Shown: positions 10,424-18,501 of the stretch, piece after piece
Layout: each line of letters starts with the position of its first letter
Position numbering within the stretch: position 1 is the stretch's first letter
Source of the DNA: a phage
DNA length: 64,000 nt
Sequence record: PZ445498.1
Reading direction: 5' to 3' (one strand)
The notes under the pieces: model-generated
The model's database searches: none
What the model was told of the DNA's origin: nothing
The model's input: only the letters and a program-made list of their open reading frames with translations
Program-made: the position numbers and the translations under genes

Positions 10424-11002
10424 ATGACAGCCATAGTAGCATTTAAATATAAAGATAAAGTATACTTAGCTGGTGATCGTATGGGTTCTAATGGCTATAC
10501 GAAACTGCTGGTTAAAAATCCGAAAGTATTCAAAATCTCTGATGATTTGTACTTCGGATACACTAGTTCCTTCTACATGGGACAATTACTAGAGCATAGC
10601 TTTACTGTACCACCACGTTTAGCAGATATTTCTGATGATAAATATTTATACACGGAAATAGTACCTAAATTACGTGATATGTTTAACCAGAAAGATTTTG
10701 GCGAAAAGAAAAATGAAAAATATGCTGAACCTAATCTGGGACAATTTATTATGCTCTACAAAGGAAGAATCTTTATTTTCCAATCTAATGCTTCTATTCT
10801 AGAAGTTGAATATGCCGGTGTAGGCTGTGGAGGAGAAGATGTACTTTCCAGTATTCGTACAGGTTTAGCTATTGCGGATTGTCGAGCCACAGATTTAGAT
10901 GTAGATGATATATTTGAAATCATTGATCTGGCTTTTACGCATTGTGCAGATTATATGTGTGGTGTATCTTCTCAACATGATGTTTTAGTAATTGGAGAAT
11001 AA
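10424..11002 (+). CDS. HslV/proteasome-like Ntn-hydrolase (putative)
   Basis: Begins MTAIVAFKYKDKVYLAGDRMGS, i.e. Thr at position 2 followed by a beta-strand and GD motif as in HslV; assignment by motif only. Confidence 0.4.
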   Translation: MTAIVAFKYKDKVYLAGDRMGSNGYTKLLVKNPKVFKISDDLYFGYTSSFYMGQLLEHSFTVPPRLADISDDKYLYTEIVPKLRDMFNQKDFGEKKNEKYAEPNLGQFIMLYKGRIFIFQSNASILEVEYAGVGCGGEDVLSSIRTGLAIADCRATDLDVDDIFEIIDLAFTHCADYMCGVSSQHDVLVIGE

Positions 11003-11004
11003 AT

Positions 11005-11274
11005 ATGTCTATTCTTTTATCTGCTCTAGAAGCAAAACAAAATACTATTGCTAGCATTAAAAAGGAAGTAATTGACCTAGAATCACTTATTGCCGTAGAG
11101 ATTGACAAAGCTATTAAAGATAAAGAATTTAATTGTCACATCCAGGGATTAACTGAATACTCAGAAAACGCTAGAAATAGCGTCATGCAAAAACTTAGCA
11201 AACTAGGTTATGTTGTGGAAGCTAAGTATGAGCAACGTGAAGGTTTTTGGCTTGAAATTGATTGGAGCAAATAA
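11005..11274 (+). CDS. hypothetical protein
   Basis: 89-aa ORF; stop overlaps the rnh start (TAATG). Confidence 0.5.
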   Translation: MSILLSALEAKQNTIASIKKEVIDLESLIAVEIDKAIKDKEFNCHIQGLTEYSENARNSVMQKLSKLGYVVEAKYEQREGFWLEIDWSK

Positions 11275-11750
11275 TGTCGGTTTTCCACATATATACAGAT
11301 GGTGCATGTAAAGGCAATCCTGGTTTAGGTGCGTGGGGATTCGTTGTCTATAATGATAATGATGATCGTATTGGCTCTAAATCTGGCTTCAGCCCTAAAA
11401 CTACTAATAACGAAATGGAACTTACTGCAATTGTAGAAGTTCTTCGTTGGTCTACTAAGAAAGATAATCGTCCAGTAATTATCTACACTGATTCTGCTTA
11501 CTGCAAAAATGGTATGGAAAGCTGGATGTGGTCTTGGCAGAAGAAAGGCTGGAAGAAGGGAGATGGTGAAACTCCTCTTAATCTAGAACTCTGGCAAGAA
11601 GCATTTAAACTAACTCAACAGTATATTAACTTCCATGATACCAATCCAACCTTTGTTAAGGTTAAAGGTCACTCAGGTATTCGTGGTAATGAAGAAGTTG
11701 ATGCTCTATGCAATACTGTAATTACTGAGCAAGAACTTGCTGAGATGTAA
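11274..11750 (+). CDS. rnhA: ribonuclease H
   Basis: FHIYTDGACKGNPG...ELTAIVEVL...IYTDSAY...HSGIRGNEEVDAL RNase HI catalytic motifs; start at ATG 11274 after ggag. Confidence 0.85.
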   Translation: MSVFHIYTDGACKGNPGLGAWGFVVYNDNDDRIGSKSGFSPKTTNNEMELTAIVEVLRWSTKKDNRPVIIYTDSAYCKNGMESWMWSWQKKGWKKGDGETPLNLELWQEAFKLTQQYINFHDTNPTFVKVKGHSGIRGNEEVDALCNTVITEQELAEM

Positions 11751-11770
11751 TAAATAATTTAAAAATTCAC

Positions 11771-11799
11771 TTGCTTAAAGCCCTCGAATTTAGTATAAT
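11771..11799 (+). promoter_or_regulatory. early promoter (aaaaattcacttgctt...tataat)
   Basis: Member of the repeated promoter family. Confidence 0.65.
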
Positions 11800-11826
11800 A
11801 TTCGTATTGAAAGTGAGGAGGGCTTT

Positions 11827-12105
11827 ATGCGAATTTACAACTCAAATTCATTAGGATTTAAACCTTTGAGAAAACGCGCACAATCTCCGCGTCAGATCAG
11901 AAAGGCAAATATTGGTGAGCCAGAAACTAGGCTTCCACCACCTCCGGAGCAGCGTCTAGTTTATCTAGATGAAGAATTAGCCGAAAGGGAACGCAAAGCT
12001 CAAGAAGAAATTGAGCGCAAGAAACTGTGTACTGCTCCTGCATATAACAAGGGTGGTTATCAGTACGTTTCCAGTGAGGAACAAGCTAAGATGATCGGCA
12101 GATAA
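11827..12105 (+). CDS. hypothetical protein
   Basis: 92 aa, promoter 11771-11799 upstream. Confidence 0.5.
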   Translation: MRIYNSNSLGFKPLRKRAQSPRQIRKANIGEPETRLPPPPEQRLVYLDEELAERERKAQEEIERKKLCTAPAYNKGGYQYVSSEEQAKMIGR

Positions 12106-12121
12106 TTTTTAAAAAATTCAT

Positions 12122-12150
12122 TTGCTAAACGCTTCAAAATTTCGTATAAT
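12122..12150 (+). promoter_or_regulatory. early promoter (aaaaattcatttgcta-17-tataat)
   Basis: Member of the repeated promoter family. Confidence 0.7.
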
Positions 12151-12188
12151 ATATCTCATAAATTGATCAACAAAAAGGAAAACAAATA

Positions 12189-12704
12189 ATGGCTAAGCAG
12201 AAAAACGCAAAAACTCAGGCAGCTCCGGCAGTTAAAACTTTCGCTCAGACCGAAGCCAATCGTAAGGCTCGTCTGGAACGTCATCTGCGTAAGCATCCTA
12301 CTGATGCTCAGGCTCAGACTGCCCTGAAGTCTGCGGCTCCGGTTCGCCAGAAGCCGAAGGCCAAGAACTCTACTCGCGCAACTGCTAAGCAGGTTGTGTT
12401 CATCAAGGGTGAAGGTCATAAGTCTGTACCTGTAACTCTGAGCTTTAACGGCGGTGCTGAGATGTTCGCCCGCAACGGTATGGCTCTGAAAGACTACGAA
12501 AAAGCAGTCAATCAGAAGCGTAAGCCAATGGCTGACGTAATGCGTGAATCCCGTGGACAGTTTGGCTCCGTTAAACCGAATATTTTCGGTGTAGAGTATA
12601 GCCGTGACAACGTTCGCGCTCTGTGCTACGGTATCGGTATTAAGTTTACTGGTGCTTCTGATCGTAAATCCGCTAAACCTACTCGTAAGCGTAAAGCGAA
12701 GTAA
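12189..12704 (+). CDS. highly basic Lys/Arg/Ala-rich protein (possible DNA-binding)
   Basis: 171 aa; host-like high-expression codon usage (CGT/CTG/GCT); followed by a gggggcgaaagcccc hairpin. Confidence 0.6.
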   Translation: MAKQKNAKTQAAPAVKTFAQTEANRKARLERHLRKHPTDAQAQTALKSAAPVRQKPKAKNSTRATAKQVVFIKGEGHKSVPVTLSFNGGAEMFARNGMALKDYEKAVNQKRKPMADVMRESRGQFGSVKPNIFGVEYSRDNVRALCYGIGIKFTGASDRKSAKPTRKRKAK

Positions 12705-12711
12705 TGATTGA

Positions 12712-12726
12712 GGGGGCGAAAGCCCC
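12712..12726 (+). terminator. GNRA-tetraloop hairpin (gggggc-gaaa-gcccc), RNA-stability element or terminator
   Basis: Identical hairpin repeated at 12991-13005; no clear T-run. Confidence 0.4.
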
Positions 12727-12765
12727 ATATACTAACTCTTTCTCTGACTAATCAAGGATATTTTT

Positions 12766-12981
12766 ATGTTCTCTAAGAAACCACGTTCCGTTACTGAAAT
12801 CGTTGCTTCCTTTACCACTATTACTGATGAACTTCAAGCTCGTATTGAAGCTGACCAGAAAACTGCTGCTGATATTCAGAAACAGCAGGAAGAACTCGCT
12901 CTGAAACTGGCTGAAACCAATAAGAGTGAAAAATCTGCTCAAACTATTAAGGAAAATATCCTTAAACTGCTGGGCAAGTAA
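12766..12981 (+). CDS. hypothetical coiled-coil protein
   Basis: 71 aa, flanked by GNRA hairpins. Confidence 0.55.
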   Translation: MFSKKPRSVTEIVASFTTITDELQARIEADQKTAADIQKQQEELALKLAETNKSEKSAQTIKENILKLLGK

Positions 12982-12990
12982 TTTAAATCA

Positions 12991-13005
12991 GGGGGCGAAA
13001 GCCCC
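12991..13005 (+). terminator. GNRA-tetraloop hairpin (second copy)
   Basis: gggggcgaaagcccc. Confidence 0.4.
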
Positions 13006-13022
13006 TCTTATTTGGAGAAACT

Positions 13023-13235
13023 ATGCGTAACTTCGTTGCAAAGAATGATTTTAACCGTGCTAGCACTCACAAGTCTGCTAGAGACTACACTCGTCTTTCT
13101 AAACATGAGCTTCTAGAAGAGATCATGGAAGAAAACTGGGATGTTAACGAAAATGGAACAGACCTGTTTGAAGAAGAGGAACTTCCTCTGAAAGACCCCA
13201 AACAGTGGGAGTCTATTAAAGAGACAGCTCTTTAA
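13023..13235 (+). CDS. hypothetical acidic protein
   Basis: 70-aa ORF. Confidence 0.5.
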   Translation: MRNFVAKNDFNRASTHKSARDYTRLSKHELLEEIMEENWDVNENGTDLFEEEELPLKDPKQWESIKETAL

Positions 13236-13265
13236 TAGTTTTCTACAACAATAAAGGACATAATT

Positions 13266-13967
13266 ATGAAATTCAAGCCCTTTGGTATGCTGGACATTGA
13301 ATCTCTAGGTACTCCAGGAAATTGCGGTACTACTCATATTGCAATGCCTTCTTTCGCTTTTGTAGCTATGCACGGAATTGATAAAGATCCTGATCTGGTA
13401 TTCGTTACTCTAGACGTTCAAGATCAGCTTAATGCGGGTGCTAAGGTAACTGCCTCTACTATTGCATTCTGGATGGATCAAGCTAAAAACAGTCCATCTG
13501 CGCTCCATATTATGGAGGCTCTGAACGGTCGCAATCCAAAACTGATTGCCTTCCGTGATGGTAAGCATCACTGCACTAATGATGTAGGCTCCAATTACGC
13601 TGCCTTCTCTATGGCTCAGAACATTATGGAATTGTCTCTAGGAGATAATGCTCTGTATTACGGCAATGGCCCAGAGTTTGATATGACTATCTACTCTGCA
13701 AATACGTTCCATGCCGGAACCCATGAAGAAATAGTTCCGTGGAAATTCTGGAACTTAGGTAACGTTCGATCTTTCCGTAATCAGTGGATGCAAGCTGGTT
13801 ATACTTATAAAGATCTAGAAGCCGAAGGTGCTAGCTGGGCAAAAGCTAAAATGGAAAAGATGGACACCATTCGTTATGGAATCTATCCTGTGAAGCATGA
13901 TCCAGCATTTGATGCTTTAGTTGAAAGTTATTGTGTAGCCGTCATGATCGAAAAAATCAAAATTTGA
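13266..13967 (+). CDS. DEDDh-type 3'-5' exonuclease-like protein (putative)
   Basis: LDIESLGT (D-x-E) near the N-terminus and H-x4-D (KHDPAFD) near the C-terminus. Confidence 0.4.
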   Translation: MKFKPFGMLDIESLGTPGNCGTTHIAMPSFAFVAMHGIDKDPDLVFVTLDVQDQLNAGAKVTASTIAFWMDQAKNSPSALHIMEALNGRNPKLIAFRDGKHHCTNDVGSNYAAFSMAQNIMELSLGDNALYYGNGPEFDMTIYSANTFHAGTHEEIVPWKFWNLGNVRSFRNQWMQAGYTYKDLEAEGASWAKAKMEKMDTIRYGIYPVKHDPAFDALVESYCVAVMIEKIKI

Positions 13968-13997
13968 TTTGCTTTCAGCTCCAAAATTCTGTATAAT
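13968..13997 (+). promoter_or_regulatory. early promoter
   Basis: ttgctt ... tataat plus shared leader cataaatttgagaga. Confidence 0.65.
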
Positions 13998-14037
13998 ATA
14001 TTCATAAATTTGAGAGAACAACAAAAGGAAAATAATT

Positions 14038-14220
14038 ATGCCAGTATCTAAAAACGTCCGTAAAAATGGTAAAGTAGCAAAACGTAACCTGGGTCTGCGT
14101 CGTATGGCTGAGCGTCAGTCCGGCATCCAGAAAATCTTTAATGTGCTGAATCGCGCCAACCCGAATATTGATAACAGTTCTGATACTGTTCTGCGCACTC
14201 TGCTGGCAATCGGTCTGTAA
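14038..14220 (+). CDS. hypothetical basic protein
   Basis: 60 aa, promoter 13968-13997 and shared leader upstream. Confidence 0.5.
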   Translation: MPVSKNVRKNGKVAKRNLGLRRMAERQSGIQKIFNVLNRANPNIDNSSDTVLRTLLAIGL

Positions 14221-14272
14221 TAGACTGTTTTTTAAAACAAATTCAAATCTCAAACTTCATATAAGGAAGCAA

Positions 14273-14914
14273 ATGATGACTACTCGTATCTCTAAAACTC
14301 GTGCTCTGGCAACTATCAAGTCTCTGGAATCTAAAATCCGTAAAGCTACTGAACAACAGCTTTTGATTGCTGTTGGTGAAGGTAAAGACAAGAATCAAGT
14401 TGTCGTTGGTGCTGCAATCGAAGTAGATGCTCTGTCTACTCGTATTAAAACTGATTTCCAGTCTCTGCTGGATATGATGACCCAGCGTGATCAGCTGAAA
14501 GCAGCGCTGATCAAGAGCAATGCTGAAACTGTTGTAGAGATCGGTTCCCGCTCTATGACTGTTGCGGAAGCAATCGAAGCTAAGCGTTCTATGGAACTCA
14601 AAGCTCAGTTGCTGGCTAACATGCGTAAGCAGTTCCATGCTGCTACTGTTAAGTTTAACACTCAGAAGGCTCAGTTTGATGCCAAGTATGAGCGTTTGCA
14701 GGATACCATGGCTACCCGCGACAAGAAGACTTCCGAGGATGAAGTTAAGATGCAGCTTAACCTGCTGGAACTCAAGAACACTCCATTCCTGATCGATCCG
14801 CTGGAGCTGGAAAAGCTGATCAAGCAACACGACGAAGAATACCAGGACTTTGCAACCAACGTTGACTTTGTTCTGTCTGAGTCCAACGCCTCTACTTTTA
14901 TCGAAGTAGAGTAA
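14273..14914 (+). CDS. hypothetical coiled-coil protein
   Basis: Start moved to the MMTTR ATG pair after aaggaag RBS; host-like codon usage. Confidence 0.6.
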   Translation: MMTTRISKTRALATIKSLESKIRKATEQQLLIAVGEGKDKNQVVVGAAIEVDALSTRIKTDFQSLLDMMTQRDQLKAALIKSNAETVVEIGSRSMTVAEAIEAKRSMELKAQLLANMRKQFHAATVKFNTQKAQFDAKYERLQDTMATRDKKTSEDEVKMQLNLLELKNTPFLIDPLELEKLIKQHDEEYQDFATNVDFVLSESNASTFIEVE

Positions 14915-15300
14915 TAATTTAAAAGACTAGTAAATCGGTAGACGAAAGCCCAAGCATCTTACCTCGCAGCAGCGGTTGAAATACGAGGTTAAATAAGACC
15001 GCTGACCATACTATAAAGTATAATCTATTGGAGATTATGTTTATTACACCAGCCTCTTAAGCTGAACTGTAAAAACGGTCGTTGGTAGTACCAACACAAC
15101 TTCAAAGATCAACGCTCAAGTATGAAAGCTGAAAAGTTAAAAGCACTCAAACTTCTAACCTTCTAAAGCTAAAAGATGCAAAGTATTCGTTGATGATTCA
15201 AACCCTAGATCAAAGGTACATGGCTCATAAGATATGGCCTGTGGCGCCTCTAGGCTGTTTATCGGTTTACTAGTCTCTCAATTTAAAAATGTATTTGCTA
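14915..15300 (+). ncRNA. ORF-free element closed by a 10-bp inverted repeat
   Basis: gactagtaaa near 14918 pairs with tttactagtc near 15281; no ORF; precedes promoter 15295-15323. Confidence 0.25.
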
Positions 15301-15323
15301 ATTAGTTTAGTTTTCTATATAAT
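15295..15323 (+). promoter_or_regulatory. early promoter
   Basis: ttgcta-17-tataat. Confidence 0.65.
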
Positions 15324-15353
15324 ATATTTTTAAATTGATGAGACGAGGCTATT

Positions 15354-15671
15354 ATGATTTTTCATATTCTAATTGATGATGTTCGTGACCTACATGGGAT
15401 GGATATTATCATTCGAACCCCCGAAGCCGCTATTGAGTTTCTGAATACAACCGATACCACCGGACATTTCGTTTATATGGATAACGATCTGGCTGTAGAT
15501 GGTATGGAAGGTTATCAAATTCTTCGTTTACTCCTAAAATTTGGTCAGAGACCCAAGAAAGTGGTACTAGTAACCTCGAACCCAGTAGCTAAAGAGACCA
15601 TGCGTAATGATCTCTTAGACGAAGGGTATCAAGAAAGCCCTAATCGTATTGAGTACGATTGGCCGGAGTAA
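15354..15671 (+). CDS. CheY-like receiver-domain protein (putative)
   Basis: 105 aa; ILIDDV...VYMDNDL...VVLVTSNP pattern resembles a receiver fold; motif-level only. Confidence 0.35.
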   Translation: MIFHILIDDVRDLHGMDIIIRTPEAAIEFLNTTDTTGHFVYMDNDLAVDGMEGYQILRLLLKFGQRPKKVVLVTSNPVAKETMRNDLLDEGYQESPNRIEYDWPE

Positions 15672-15676
15672 ATAAA

Positions 15677-16126
15677 ATGAAGGCAGCTTTGCTTTTAATA
15701 GCTGCCCTAACCTATAGCTTCAATAGTCATGCGACCTACGACTCAAAGCAGATTGATTGCATTGCAAAAAATATCTACTTCGAAGCACGAGGTGAGGGCA
15801 CTAAAGGAATGATCGCAGTTGCACAGGTTACTAAAAACCGTGTTAACTCTGGTACTTTTCCTGATTCTTACTGTAAAGTAGTATATCAGTCTAACCAGTT
15901 CTCTTGGGTGGCCAAGAGACCAAAAGTTGATAAAACCGATGAGGCTTGGCAAGTTGCTAAGAATTTAGCTAGAGTGATATACTACGTTGATTTACCACAA
16001 GATCCAACACATGGAGCGTTATACTTCCATAGTGGTAAAGATAAACCGTACTGGACAAAGAAGTTTAAGAAAACAACGAAGATTCAAGGCCATACGTTTT
16101 ACAAGCCTGTGGTTAAGAAAACTTAA
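15677..16126 (+). CDS. secreted SleB/CwlJ-like cell-wall hydrolase
   Basis: Signal peptide MKAALLLIAALTYSFNSHA then IYFEARGE...AVAQVTKNR...QFSW, typical of the SleB hydrolase family. Confidence 0.6.
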   Translation: MKAALLLIAALTYSFNSHATYDSKQIDCIAKNIYFEARGEGTKGMIAVAQVTKNRVNSGTFPDSYCKVVYQSNQFSWVAKRPKVDKTDEAWQVAKNLARVIYYVDLPQDPTHGALYFHSGKDKPYWTKKFKKTTKIQGHTFYKPVVKKT

Positions 16127-16135
16127 AAAATTCGA

Positions 16136-16164
16136 TTGCTTAAAGCCTTAAATTTCTGTATAAT
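16136..16164 (+). promoter_or_regulatory. early promoter
   Basis: ttgctt-17-tataat plus leader ataaattgatgagagga. Confidence 0.65.
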
Positions 16165-16196
16165 AACTGTATAAATTGATGAGAGGAAAGCGAACA

Positions 16197-16367
16197 ATGA
16201 AAACCTTAGTAATTATTGGTGTTAACACTCACGGTATTCGTACTACGAAAACAGTTAAAACTACTAACGTTGCTGAAATTACTACAAATCCTAAGAAGTT
16301 TGATTTCGCCAAAGTCTCAGCAGTTATGACAGAACAATCTTTTAACCAAGCACTGGGAATTAAATAA
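16197..16367 (+). CDS. hypothetical protein
   Basis: Start at ATG 16197 after gagaggaaag leader RBS. Confidence 0.45.
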   Translation: MKTLVIIGVNTHGIRTTKTVKTTNVAEITTNPKKFDFAKVSAVMTEQSFNQALGIK

Positions 16368-16810
16368 TGGAAGAGAATATTCTAGATGTTTTGCGTAGGG
16401 CTTTGCAGGAATCCAAGTTTAATGGTTCTGATAAAGAAGTAGCTAAAAGCTACCAGACCATAATCGGAGATCTTCAGCGTGTTGATAAAGACTTCATTAC
16501 TTCTGAACAGTTTGTATCTTATCTAAAAGCTCAACTGAAAAGCATTAATCAGACGAAAGCTAAACTTCACGGTCAAGACCTTGATAATTATAGCTTGCAG
16601 TCTGCTCAGTATGAATATATACTGAACAAATGGTTACAGCAGTATCTGCCGCCTCAGTTATCTGATTCTGAGATTCGCAAATACTTTGCAGAATTAGTTA
16701 AGTTGAATCCTGGGATTACAAAAGGTATGCTGATGAAAGCGATTAAGGAAGAGTTTCCTGGTCGTTACGACGGTGGCATTGCTGCTCAGGTTGCTGGCGA
16801 ATTTAATTAA
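16367..16810 (+). CDS. GatB/YqeY-like domain protein (putative)
   Basis: 147 aa; C-terminal ...GMLMKAIKEEFPGRYDGGIAAQVAGEF resembles YqeY domain ends. Confidence 0.4.
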   Translation: MEENILDVLRRALQESKFNGSDKEVAKSYQTIIGDLQRVDKDFITSEQFVSYLKAQLKSINQTKAKLHGQDLDNYSLQSAQYEYILNKWLQQYLPPQLSDSEIRKYFAELVKLNPGITKGMLMKAIKEEFPGRYDGGIAAQVAGEFN

Positions 16811-16818
16811 AAATTGAT

Positions 16819-16847
16819 TTGCTAAACGCCTCAAAATTCTGTATAAT
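16819..16847 (+). promoter_or_regulatory. early promoter driving the 1-kb ORF-free region
   Basis: aaaaattgatttgcta-17-tataat. Confidence 0.65.
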
Positions 16848-16849
16848 AG

Positions 16850-17875
16850 ATTCATAAATTAGAGAACAGCGAGCCGATTACGCTGAGTGAGTTTAGTGAT
16901 TCCTACTAGGATAGCTATTCCACTGAATAGAGTCGGTGAGTTTAGAATGATCACCTGTTAGAGTTCCGAGTCCAGTCCGGTATATCCGGCCAAGTGACTA
17001 GAGTAACGAATATAGGTTCGAGACTTCTTGTAAAACTCGGGAGCTGTCCCGAAACCTCGTAAACTCTTCTCTAATTTATACAAAACGATGGTTCTCAACA
17101 TGAGCTAGGCACAGTGTGAAATACGGTGCGTGTCCCAGAGGTAGAAGACTGAAGGTTGGGCTTGAGAAAACCATGTAACTTTCAACGCTGACCCGTCTAG
17201 GATGCAAGTCAAGACGTATGTATACCACAATGCGGCGATTGTCCATCGAATAGTGGGGTGTCGAACCGACTTATGTGATAACACTGCCAGATGCTCACAG
17301 GCTGACATTGAGCTTCGCTGCTCCTTCTGGAAAGAATCGGATAACTCGGGCTTATACCGGATAAGCATTCGCTGCTGGAGTACATACTATGACGGTTCAG
17401 GAGGTACGCCGCCTGATCAGTATTAGGTTAGAATCGAAACAGCTAAACCACGAAAGGACTGGGATGCTTGCTGAGCTACCCCTACCTGATACATGCCTCA
17501 GCTAACTTCGCATCGAAAATCGGAGGTGCGATTTAACCAGACCGCGTAACTATGAGAGTGGGAAATGGTAAACTGTATAGCTTGACTCTAACTTAGTTAG
17601 GTGGCTACAGAGCCTTAATGGGACAGTCTAGATACTTAGTGAACCGCGGATAACGCTAAGAATACTGTGAAAATACTATGGGAGTCATGACCCGGATGTT
17701 GCCCGATCGCTATAGTGGCGAATAACCACGAAGTCACCTTGACTTAAACTGGAAGATATTGTTCGACGGAAGGGCTGAAGAGCTTAATCTGAGGGGGCTG
17801 ACCCTACCTACCGCCGGGTATCTTTAAGAGTTCTTACGAGAGTTCTTAAACATACCTAAACATTAAGGAATACTA
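16850..17875 (+). ncRNA. candidate large structured non-coding RNA (about 1 kb, promoter-driven, ORF-free)
   Basis: Promoter 16819-16847 reads into about 1 kb with no plausible ORF, GC about 48 % versus about 38 % around it, many short hairpins and T-loop-like GGTTCGA motifs. Confidence 0.3.
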
Positions 17876-18385
17876 ATGAATCTAGGAACTACTTGTATAT
17901 TTGATCACAGAGAAATGTGTTGCCCACATATCCTCTACGTAGTTCACTTTGCAGAGCGTCTTACGCTGGATGAAGCTCGTGAGAAAATGAGTGGAATTAC
18001 TGGATATGACTTCCGTGAAGGTGAATACTTTAGCGTTGCTCTTGATTACATTGACAATACCCGTCTTTATCATCTAGTGCAGCTAGGGGAAGAAACTGAT
18101 GAAGTGAAAATGGCGAAAGATACTTTACGTCGTTATCGTCCTCAGATTCTAGAACGTACACTTCGTGGTGAGTTCAGTGACCCATTCTTTTTGAAGTGTT
18201 ATGATGCAGACGCTAATGAGTACTTGGGGCGACAAAGGTTTTACAAAGAAATCAAAGAGTTTGTGGGTGAAAAATACGAAGCACTACTCGTTGATTCTAG
18301 AGCACGACGTGCAGCTAAAAATGCTGAGAAATCAGCTAAAGCAGCACTAGAAAGTCAAACCAAACTGAACGAAATCGTTAAGTGA
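17876..18385 (+). CDS. hypothetical protein
   Basis: 169-aa ORF, RBS aaggaa upstream. Confidence 0.5.
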   Translation: MNLGTTCIFDHREMCCPHILYVVHFAERLTLDEAREKMSGITGYDFREGEYFSVALDYIDNTRLYHLVQLGEETDEVKMAKDTLRRYRPQILERTLRGEFSDPFFLKCYDADANEYLGRQRFYKEIKEFVGEKYEALLVDSRARRAAKNAEKSAKAALESQTKLNEIVK

Positions 18386-18393
18386 TCTAATTT

Positions 18394-18468
18394 CGGGGTG
18401 TAGTCTAAGGGATAGGCAGGAGTCTTCTAAATTCCTTTATGCAGGTTCGAATCCTGTCACCTCGGCCA
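18394..18468 (+). tRNA. tRNA-Arg (anticodon UCU)
   Basis: Acceptor cggggtg/cacctcg, anticodon loop cttctaa, T-arm gcagg-ttcgaat-cctgt, CCA encoded. Confidence 0.75.
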
Positions 18469-18501
18469 ACTTTAATAACTGTAACTAAACAAAGGAAATA
18501 T

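Noticed and set aside
12156-12728. 190-aa minus-strand ORF antisense to gene 12189..12704
   Set aside because: Shadow ORF of a GC-rich, strongly codon-biased plus-strand gene; no RBS or promoter; low-complexity translation.
14243-14830. 195-aa minus-strand ORF (and 14562..14792, 14671..14886) overlapping gene 14273..14914
   Set aside because: Antisense or alternate-frame shadows of a codon-biased gene; no expression signals.
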